A DNA stretch of 63,360 bases, filler included, from Kipferlia bialata (taxonomy: Eukaryota), in the NCBI GenBank assembly GCA_003568945.1. It is 4 parts of 4 records of this genome, joined end to end, with 100 filler letters (N's around TTAATTAATTAA, not from the genome) between each part and the next. Parts side by side here need not be neighbours in the genome. Positions count along the whole stretch, not along the records: positions 44,722 to 60,923 come from BDIP01000150.1; positions 61,024 to 63,360 come from BDIP01000289.1; 2 more parts are not named here. One strand, 5' to 3'. A program made the position numbers and the translations under genes. The notes under the pieces are model-generated. The model saw only the letters and a program-made list of their open reading frames with translations, was not told the DNA's origin and ran no database searches. This document shows positions 53,901 through 63,360 of this stretch, one piece after another (within the stretch, counting starts at the first letter, position 1; each line of letters starts with the position of its first letter).

Positions 53901-56900
53901 TCATATATAGTATATGTATCACTGATTCAGGCCATGCCCGGTGCCACCTTTGAGATCAAGGACTGGGTAGACCCAATGTATGGGGTAGAGAGTGGATATC
54001 TACCTGCTCTAGCTGCTCTAGATCGTCTAGATGGTTATGTCTCTGCAGCTGATCCAGTCCCCACCAATGCAGCACTGAACTACACCCTCCACTCGTTCAT
54101 TCCACTTCTAGGTATGTGTGCATTGTATCTCTGTTGGGACAGTTCTCTTCTGATTCGTATGTTGTTGTTCAGTCTATCATATATCTCACGCCAGGGAATC
54201 AGCGTCCATTGGCTTACAACACAGCCTCTTGTGATGCCTGGGTTGAGAACGTTCAGAACTTGGATGGTACGGCTATCATATATCAACTCACTATGCTATA
54301 TGACACAATTTCGTGTATTACTAGGCCTACTTCGTGTATTATTACTAGGCCTATTACTTCTAACATTCTCTTTCTCTTCTGACAGTCAGACTGGAATGAA
54401 TCCTATGAGCAGGTGGAGAAGAGACCAATGCTGCAGGTATTAGCATCATTCATGAATAGTTCTTGTCTCCAAAAGATTTAGGATTGCTAATTACTATTTA
54501 GTTACCATCTCAGTAATATCCAATTGTTGTATGACTGATATATCTGATTATTAGGTCTGGCGAGCCATGCCCGTGGGCCATGTCGAGAAGAGTGCTATTT
54601 ACTTATTACCTCATTGCCATATATTCTTCTAATCCTAACTGTTGTCTTACTGCTAGGTCTGGCGAGCCATGCCCGTGGGCCATGTCGAGAAGAGTGCTAT
54701 GAACGGTGTCACCTCTGACCTGCCGGACTATCCCAAGCCAGTGCTGGCTGGCATAGCCAATGACATGGTGGCTAGGTATACAACGTGATTCTGCATACTT
54801 GCTATATATACAGTTGAGGTCAATAGTGATGGAAGTGAATTGAGTATTATATGATTGGTCCCTTCCCACCCCAGAATGGACACTGCATACATCAGGTCCA
54901 TCCTCAATGCCAACAGCCCTGGCCATGGCATGGACTACGCGATGTCAGTCACAGTGGCTGGGTTCCCATTTGTCACACAGGTCAGTCGTCACAAGTTGCT
55001 CTACTCTCTCTGTCTCTCTCTCTCTCTGTAGACGATATTCACTCCAGCCTGCTGTTGCACAGTCCAGTGACTCTGCCATCAGCTCATTGCTCTCATCCCT
55101 CTCCTCTCTCTTGGTGCCTCTGATTCCACTCTCCGCGTCAATACGGTTGGCTCTCTCCCTTGCTAAGGAGAGGGAGACTGGTCGCATGACCCTTCTCTCT
55201 GGACACGGTGTCACTGGCCTCCAGAACGCCCTTGTCTATCTGGTGCACACCCTCTATATCTACGCGATACCCGTCCTTCTGGTCCCCCTCCTAGGTGTTG
55301 CCCTCGACCTCCCCTTCTGCTCCTCCTCTGTCCCACCCATATATGAGGGTATCGGTCCCTGGCTGGCTGGGGTGCTAAGTATGTGGGTGAGGCTAGTGGG
55401 TGTGTTGTATGTGTGTCTCGTAGCAGGGTGTGTACTGGGCTGGGCAGCTGGTCTGACCCTTGGTAGCTCCAACTCAGCAGTAGTGTTCACCTCTATGCTC
55501 CTTGTTGTCTCTCTGACACTGACTGTCGTGTCCACTGATACCACTGCATTCCTGTGTGTACTGGCGATACCGTATGGTGCATCTAAGCTGTTTATGGCCA
55601 CTGTCAGTGCAGCTGCCTCAGGGTGGGACACTCACAGCATGGCACAGGTGTGGGACATGCTCTATCTAGTAGTTGTCGGAACTACACTAGCCTTCATAGT
55701 GGGGTGTGTTGGAGAGGGACTGGTACTTAGGAGGTTACAAGCGGCATGTAGGAGACTGGTATCGTCACTGTCAGTCGGAAAGACCAGCAGCTATGTGCCT
55801 CTCTCTGAGAAGCCTCTAGCAACCGTACCCTCCAAGCCCATATCTCCCTCTACACCATATGCTGTCCATGCCCCTGTCGAGGAGGTGGTCAGCCCAGACG
55901 GCATATCCTTACTCGATGTGAGTGGTATGACATACTCCTATGGAGGCGCAGGGGGTGTACCTGCTGTGTGTGACATGTCCCTGCAGATCAGGCAGGGGGA
56001 GATTGTCAGCCTCTTGGGTCACAACGGTATGCGTACCTTCTCTCCTATGTGTATACATGTTCTGTCTTTTCGGAACGGCTACTTCCAGTGTGTGTTTCAG
56101 GGGTATTGTCTCTCTCTCTCTTTGTTTGTACAATTGCAGCATTCCTACACCAAATAGGTGTCGGCAATACCACTACCATCGGTATACTCATGGATACATA
56201 TAGTCTATTTCTAATCATTCAGGAGCGGGTACGACCACAGCCTGCCTGTGCATCCGGGGTGTCCTGTCTCTCTATCCCTCTCTCTCTATATATATATATA
56301 CTCTCTGACATATTAGGAGCGGGTAAGACCACCGCCTGTCTGTGCATCCGGGGTGTCCTGTCTCCCCAGTCTGGCACTGTCCACTCCCATGGCCTGGACA
56401 TATCAACACATCCAGACAGGGTGCACGAGAGAATGTGCATGGTGGGAGCATATATAGTATTCATCTATACATTTACCCGACCGGTACCGATATACTAATA
56501 TATATCGGTGTGTATTAATATGTATACTTCATATTTGTCGGTATAATATTTTCAGACAGAGTGCACGAGAGGATGTAGATGTATATACTATCTATACTAT
56601 ATAGTATTCAGTGTGTTCATATATTTATACGGACATCACTATATACAATACGAGTCTCTCACCCAAGGTCACCCAGGCCGATGTGACCTGGCCCTCTCTC
56701 TCTGTCCGTAGCCACCTGCACCTGATATGTGGGTTGAGAGGGGTGGGGAGTAGCTCTAGTACCTATAGTACCAGTGGCTCCACTACTGTAGAGACTGGTG
56801 CCGAGGCCGCTGTACGCACTGTCGCTGCCATCACCAACCTCACTCCACACCTTGACAAACCGGCATCTGCACTGTCGGGTACCTAAAACTGAATATGTTT

Positions 56901-58081
56901 AACTGGTACAGATACTGAAATACTTCCGGGAGTGACACCTACATGCCATTGCATTATTCAAGTCTATTTACCTATGGTACTTTACATCTAGTTACATACA
57001 CTTTACTATATATACACAATCTTTCTGTATGTATATGTATATGTACTGACACCAGGTGGTACCAGACGCAGACTGAGCCTGGCAATGGCCGTCCTGGGGT
57101 GCCCTGGTCTCCTCATATGCGATGAGTGCACTACGGGGCTAGGTACATTCACTTCTAGTCATATTATATATTACACATGTGTGCATTAGTGCTATATATG
57201 CGATGAGTGCACTACGGGACTAGGTATGCACTGTATAACTGTGTAAATATCCTGTATATTCTCTACTTTGTCACTATTTCTCCAACCCTTCAGACCCCTC
57301 CACCAAGAGGACTGTGTGGCAGAGCATACTGAGGGTGGCCAGGGGTCTAGCTGTTCTCTTGACATCACACAGTATGCTGGAAGCTGAGGCACTCAGCGAT
57401 AGGTGGGTGGATGTATATTGTTCCAATATGGTTCTCCCCTTGAGTATTTCTGTGACCTGTAATATGAATGCATATTACTACACAGTATGCTGGAAGCAGA
57501 GGCACTCAGTGACAGGTGAGACTTGATATTCTTCTATGGGAGTAGTTCACATGATATATGTATGTATAAATGTATAGTATAGCTTACCCCAGGTGTGTCA
57601 TCATGCGGCTTGGTATGTATTCATATATATAGTGTTAGATCATATACGTATGTATATTGCCACTACACGCGTAGTATTTGGTATTAACATGATGCATATA
57701 GCTCATATCAGGTGTGTCATCATGCGGCAGGGCAGAGTGGTGGCATCTGGTAGCGTGGCCTCCTTGCGTCGCTCTATCGAGGCTGGTCCCACTGTGACAT
57801 TCGACATAGGGGATGCAGCCACACACACACACACTGACGTACATGAGAGTAGTATGACTGAGTATGCCACAAGTCTAGTCTCTGCCCTCTCCAGCAGTGT
57901 ATGTACCCCAGTATCCACTGCAGTCAGGAGGGGTGTGCTGCATTGCGCCATGCCACACACTGTATCTCTTGCCACTCTCTATACAGCACTAGGGGAGGAT
58001 AGTGTGTTGAGTCAGGCGGCATGGGATCTGGAGTGGAGGAGGCTCGAGGACCTCTTCATACAGATAGCAGAGGGGCACTAG
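45120..58081 (+). CDS. Full-size ABCA-subfamily transporter (TMD-NBD-TMD-NBD), 5' truncated
   Basis: NBD1: [13 protein letters not shown] (~49621-49660), [38 protein letters not shown]2: SLLGHNG|AGKTT (56008-56332), [53 protein letters not shown] hallmarks LAKERETG and LEDV/LEDLF; ends IAEGH* at 58081. Confidence 0.9.
45255..45331. repeat. (TAT)n/TAG intronic microsatellite
   Basis: tagtactattattagtattattattagtattataattagtatta... Confidence 0.8.
49134..49255. repeat. Intronic ~53-bp tandem repeat (just over two copies)
   Basis: cattattgtactcatttatcatg(g/a)cctc..gtcattattgtgtgta repeated. Confidence 0.75.
53671..53955 (+). repeat. Three copies of an acceptor plus exon start (ag|gccat(g/a)cccggtgccacctttgagat)
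   Basis: Copies at ~53671, ~53780 and ~53928 separated by (CT)n/(TA)n. Confidence 0.9.
54552..54700 (+). repeat. Exact 47-bp direct repeat of an acceptor plus exon start
   Basis: taggtctggcgagccatgcccgtgggccatgtcgagaagagtgctat at 54552-54598 and 54654-54700. Confidence 0.93.
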
Positions 58082-58454
58082 AAGAGGGTGCCTCTCTCAA
58101 TCCACTCTGATATTGTCCCTATTGTCGGACGCAGTGGGCCCTCATGGGATTGGACTCTCCATTGGTGCTCTCGGACTCTTCTTCCGCAAGAGAGAGTTGT
58201 TGTAGAGTTCTTAGATTAAGAAATTGGTACATCTGTTATAGAGATGTGTCCATAAATAGTATTAGGCGATATATTCTATCCAGTGTGCTTGGCTGACCAT
58301 GATTCATGGCATACCGGGACCCAACTTAGGGTATGCTATGGATCGAGTTGGGGTCCCTAACGAACTATATCACGTACAAATACAATACACTCTATTGGTG
58401 TGCAATACAACATGGCTCAGCTACGGGTCCCTATTTTCGTGACCTATTTTCGTC

Positions 58455-60472
58455 TCATGTATCCTTGACCCTGGCCCACAGCATGGAGGGACTGGGGTAC
58501 AGCATGCGGTGGTCACACTCGGCATAGTGGACCTGAGGTGAGATCGGAGAAGTTTGGTTCTGAATCACTACTGAATGTCACATTCAGTGAATGTGACATA
58601 GAAGTATGAAATCCATACACACAAGTGGTCACACTCGGCATAGTGGAGCTGAGGTTAGAGGAGGGAAGGCCGGGAGCATAAGAGTCCAATTATTGACTTG
58701 AGAATACTCTTTGGCTAAGTGTCTTAGTATGTATATTAAATACACAAGGTGGCATCAAAGACGCAATGCACAGAGAGAGTGTGAGACAGATATCATATGC
58801 TACCTCTCTTGGGTCCTTCTTGGTTGGAGTCATGTTGGCCCCGTGCTCCATGTAGACAATACTCCCCTCATAGCCACTCTGTAGGACAGTAGCATGGGAG
58901 AGATCGGGCACCTCCCACTCGGTCATCCACTGCCCTGCTCTTAGAGAACACATAGTGAAAGAAAGAGTCATATTCAATCACAGTACGGTCATATACGCAT
59001 TAGACAGCCGACGTCATGTGTATGAAGATGTGGCGTATCAATGTATGTAGCTCAACTGACCTGTCACAGTGTCTAGCACATGCTGGTGAGATGGAGTGGC
59101 AAGCAGATTGTCTCTGGTTCTCTTTGCAATTTCCTTCTGCGACCTGGAGTCGTGTTTCCATGACTGTTTCTGTCTGAGCGTAGCCTCAGCCTCCGAAAGA
59201 ATAGCCGCAAACCTGATGGGAAATGGATATTATCATAACACTCCTAGATTGAAGAATTCTTCGTCGTGAGAGGATTGTGCGGAACTATATAATCAGCACT
59301 TACGTGTCAAATGGAGTGGCTTCGGCAAGCAGAATGCATCGGCCAAGGGCAATGGCGGTAATGTCTCTCCCAGCCATCATATTCCTACGGTAGAAATCAT
59401 TCTCTGAGAAGCCGGTGTTGGGAGAGAATGTATGGTGAAAAATGAACATCGAGACGTTTCTTGGGTGGGAGCGAATTACTCCAGAGCGTCGAATTACTCC
59501 AGTCTCGTGCTCTGAGAACAGATGCACAACACCATCACTCGTCACTGCTGTTGATATTGCCTTTGTAGTGACAATGAGGGACATCGAGTGCGAGTAAAGT
59601 GGGATCTCTTCCCACTCCTGTGTGTCGGTCTCATACCGCTTGCACACATTGTGTGCGTTATCCACTCTGCAAATGTAGTAGAGTGACCCCTCCACTGCAA
59701 AGGCCCCCAGGGTAACGTCTGTGCCACTCCACTCTAGCTGTGTCCACTGACGAGTACCAATATCATACCTGACAAAGTAGGGAGGTGTGGCTGCTGAGGC
59801 AGCTCTCCCCTTCTTCTGTGACATGTAGAGACAACCGCCATCGAGTAGAGTGTGACAGTCCCCCTTAAGTAGGAAGGAGGGTGCTACCCCAAGCTCTCTC
59901 CCCGAGCACGTCGTGTCTGCTCCTGCGTCAGAGACCTGGTCTTGCCTCTCAGTCTCGGTGGGTAGTGTAAGCTCACACACACATGCTGTGTTGGCATTGG
60001 CCGCGGTAGATGGACGGCATAGTAGAGTGGTAGGGGATGTGAAGGCGAGGGGCACCATGGGGAAGGAGAGCTCTGGATCGACCACATGCACCGAGGTCTC
60101 ACGCACCTCACAGATTGCCTTGATATCAGCATTAAACGCAAGTGTGATACATACTGTCTTGTGGTTGTATTGGAGAAATTCAATGTATAGGTACCAACCT
60201 TTGCCCGGCAAGTCTTGTGGTGTGTGTTCAACACAACCTTGCGCTTTGTTGTGGTGTGCTGATGTAAGCTTGAGATATATGGAGAGCGGACACAGCAAAA
60301 CGACTGCTTCTTACCATTAGAAACTTTGTAAATGAATATGCATACTCACTATATATACGGCAGAGCACTTGACTGTGAATACATAAATATATATACAGAA
60401 CTCACATACGGGTACTCCATTGAGCGAAGGTACTCCGTGATAGTCTTGGTCTTGAAAGAGGTCAGGTGCCAT
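58455..60472 (-). CDS. Kelch-like beta-propeller protein
   Basis: Blade-like YFVRYDIGTRQWTQL, VEGSLYYI..KRYETDTQEWEEI, DGVVHLF, LGRCILL, HVLDTVT|GQW; last exon VHYAECDHRMLYPSPSMLWARVKDT* (TGA 58455). Start codon uncertain. Confidence 0.7.
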
Positions 60473-60869
60473 CCACCTGTACATGAAAGGGTATGATAGT
60501 TTGATATATATACAATTACCGTTCTCTGCCATATAGCTTGTACATGAGACGGTATAGGGGGGCATGTATACACATGGTACAGAGTATACCATATACTATA
60601 CATCTAGACAATGTGTGTTTGAATACAGGACTGAAGGCTGAGTAGAGAGAACCAATAGAAATAGATAGGAGGGAGTGCAAGTGGAAGTTCCACTGTTGAA
60701 CTGATACATACCTTTCTCAGAGATGGTAATTGCACACTCACAGCAGTCATGGGTGCAGTGGACACGCTTGGACTGGCCCCCTAAGGTAAGTGGAAGAGAG
60801 AGAAGTTGAATGATAGGACCAGTGTCAAATGCTGAGTATAAGTATTTGATTGGATAGGTACGTAGGGAA

Positions 60870-60903
<34 letters not shown>

Positions 60904-60923
60904 TTTTTTTTTAAAAAAAAATA

Positions 60924-61023
60924 NNNNNNNNNNNNNNNNNNNNNNNNNNNNNNNNNNNNNNNNNNNNTTAATTAATTAANNNNNNNNNNNNNNNNNNNNN
61001 NNNNNNNNNNNNNNNNNNNNNNN
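60924..61023. other. Artificial contig linker
   Basis: N-run with central TTAATTAATTAA, 100 nt. Confidence 0.97.
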
Positions 61024-61108
61024 TTTTTTTTTCCCCCCCCCTTTCCCCCCCCCCCCCCCCCCCTTCCTCTCTCTCTCTTCATCTATGTTCATACCCCCTC
61101 ACCCCCAG

Positions 61109-63264
61109 GTGACTGTGTGGGGCGGCATTGCAGACTGGACCACTCCAGATGCCTCAGTCTTCAGTGCCTCCATGCCCAAGGAGCACACGGTGTGCACAGA
61201 CCCCTTTGATATGATACTCGCAGACGCAACAGGTAAGCATATATATATAGTAAAAGGCATGAGCACATCTTCTTCTCTCCTTACCCCCCAGGCGACTGTG
61301 CAGCTGATGTGGTCCTGGTCACCACTGCCCCTGTCCTGGACAATGAGGACATTGTGTCATACCACGCAGACATATTCACAAGCATAGTGTCTGTGCGCAC
61401 CGACACTGCCTCCAGGGTCTACCAGCACTCACAGTCGGTGCATCTCCACACAGGTCGGTGTCTCTCTCTATCCTTATGTGTATATATGTTTATAGATAGA
61501 TATGTGTATATACTAGTGCCCTTTCCCCTCTCTGCTGACCCCCTAGGCTCTAGGGGCAGCCTCTCCTTCCTGTCCATGATAGATGCCAACCTCAACGCCA
61601 ACCTCGACATCATGTACGGGGTCCTGGACACAGAGACAGGGGTCGAGGAGATCAGAGTCATCCACCAGGTACAGAGGGGTGGTATAGAGAGGGTCACACG
61701 TATTGAATATGAAGGCATATATATATACATATCCCCCAGGTATTGGCACCTGACCCCCCAGGTGACTGAGACTGTGTGCAATGACGTGGACTCTGGCGAG
61801 GACTGCCGCGCCAAGGCAGACATGTGCTCCACCAACGTGGAGGATGTCATGTATGAGGAGTACCCCAGGGTGGAGGGGACATCCCTCCCTGCATCAATCA
61901 CAGTCACGCCCTTCCCACTCGACCCAGGCGACGGTCGGTATGTACCACAGTGTTATATATCCTTTATCTCCGGTGTTGTGTCTTACTGACCGTATAGTCC
62001 TCCTGTGTCACTTCTCCTCTTCATACCTCTCACACCAGTGTGTGCCACCTGCAGGGCAGGGAGAGACGCAGTGGAGTGTACGCCAACACCCCCGCTCGCA
62101 TGACATACCTCGACATCCAGTTCACAAGGTGCGATGTCTCCCATTCTATCCTTCCCTCTACCTCTATATATCATGTCTATCTCCCTCTTCCTCACCCCAG
62201 GCAGCAGACTGTGATGCTGCCAGCTGTGTGCACCTCTGGTGACTCAGCCCCTGTGGACACCCTCATCCTTCTACTGGCCCTGGTGTGTGACCAGGCCGGT
62301 TTAGAGAGTGGACAGTGCTCAGTGGCACACAACCCATCCACACAGTCACTCCTCAAGTACGTGGGTGTCTGAGAGTGGATCCATGTGATACCTGTCCCCC
62401 CTCTCCCTCACCCCCCAGGGCCAACGTGTACCTTGCCCCCCCCTCCCCCTCCCACCCCCTTGACCTCGGTGCCATGGCCGGTGTGACTGGTGCCATGAAC
62501 GCGGCATTTGCAGAGGTCCAGGCATCAATCTCCAGCGCAGGTATGCAGAGTATTGTGACAGGGTATAGTCTTATGTACTGGCCCTCACCCCAGGAGTTGG
62601 CGTCGTTGTCAACACCCGTACTGAGGCTGGGGCCGGTCTGACCCTGCTGGCCTCTCCATACGGCACGGAGGGGTTCTTCCTCAAGGTAAGAGGAGAGTGT
62701 GTAGATATGTCTATGTATACTGTGTATCTGTGCATATCTATCCCCCCCTCACCCCCCAGGGCACCCCTCTGAATGGCAAGTGCATAGACGTGTGTGCCAG
62801 TGGGGAGACCCAGCCAGAGACACCCCCCTACGGAGTGTCATACCCTGGCGCCACACTCAAATACGTGACAGCAGACATGTCCAACCAGCCCCAGGTATCT
62901 CTCTCTCCCTCACTCTCTCTCTCTCTCTCTCCTGGTTCCACCCTCACCCCAGGTTGGCATTGGCAACTCCCTCCCCGCCTCCTCCTACAATGCCCTCTCT
63001 ACCCCCTATGTGTACTTTGGTATAGGCAGGGTGGCCCAGTACATCGACCAGTTCTATGTCGGTATCAACTACGCAAGCACACCCACAAAGACAAAGAGCC
63101 ACGGCAGCCAGGTACTCATTTACTCTCCATGTAGAGGCCTCTCTCTCTGTGTGGCTTTCCCTAACCCCCAGGCCGTGTGGCATGCCTTCTCGGGCATTGT
63201 GCCCAACTCACTAACCGTGGCCATCCCATACCCCCCAAACAACCCAGACAAGTGGGAGATCCAG
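61109..63264 (+). CDS. Hypothetical multi-exon protein, Cys-containing and possibly extracellular; both ends truncated
   Basis: About 11 exons bounded by ctcacccccag-type acceptors and GT donors (e.g. VTVWGGIADWTTP.., VTETVCNDVDSGEDCRAKADMC.., GTPLNGKCIDVCASG..); family not recognised. Confidence 0.65.
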
Positions 63265-63295
63265 GTTTATAGTCAGGATTCTACTGCGCTCACTG

Positions 63296-63343
<48 letters not shown>

Positions 63344-63360
63344 CCCCCCCCCCCCCCCCC

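Noticed and set aside
93..58081. Reassigned TAA/TAG codons as in hexamitid diplomonads
   Set aside because: In-frame stops are removed by GT-AG introns, and genes end in TAA (15347), TAG (35152, 58081) and TGA (26318, 35590).
44853..58655. Direct repeats of 20-47 nt with similar-length spacers resembling CRISPR arrays
   Set aside because: Only 2-4 copies each, every repeat differs, they coincide with exon boundaries of a eukaryotic gene, spacers are microsatellite-rich intron, and no cas genes are present.
28654..61023. Palindromic TTAATTAATTAA motif three times, and gene neighbourhoods across it
   Set aside because: Artificial concatenation linker in fixed 100-nt N-runs; genes on different contigs cannot be treated as linked.

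Overview
Eukaryotic, very intron-rich DNA; no prokaryotic operons, rRNA, tRNA or CRISPR were seen. The window is four contigs (1-28653, 28754-44621, 44722-60923, 61024-63360) joined by artificial 100-nt N-TTAATTAATTAA-N linkers, and most contig ends fall in poly-G/C tracts. Introns are short GT-AG with a branch-point-like CT(C/G/A)AC a few nt before the AG; with standard stop usage this suggests a free-living fornicate such as Kipferlia (inference). Contig 1: two giant convergent genes, a >3,000-aa AAA+ ATPase (+) and a roughly 3,000-aa protein joining a degenerate Hsp70/HSPA12-like domain, ankyrin repeats and a duplicated ~304-aa unit (-); also GPN2 and the first exon of a divergent gene. Contig 2: an M16C presequence protease and a transmembrane class III cyclase with inverted C1/C2 order. 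Contig 3: a full-size ABCA transporter and a kelch-like protein. Contig 4: a partial hypothetical gene. The most striking non-gene pattern is frequent short 'echo' copies of splice junctions about 80-160 nt away inside introns, mostly in the ABCA gene. All gene models were spliced by hand, so coordinates and lengths are approximate.
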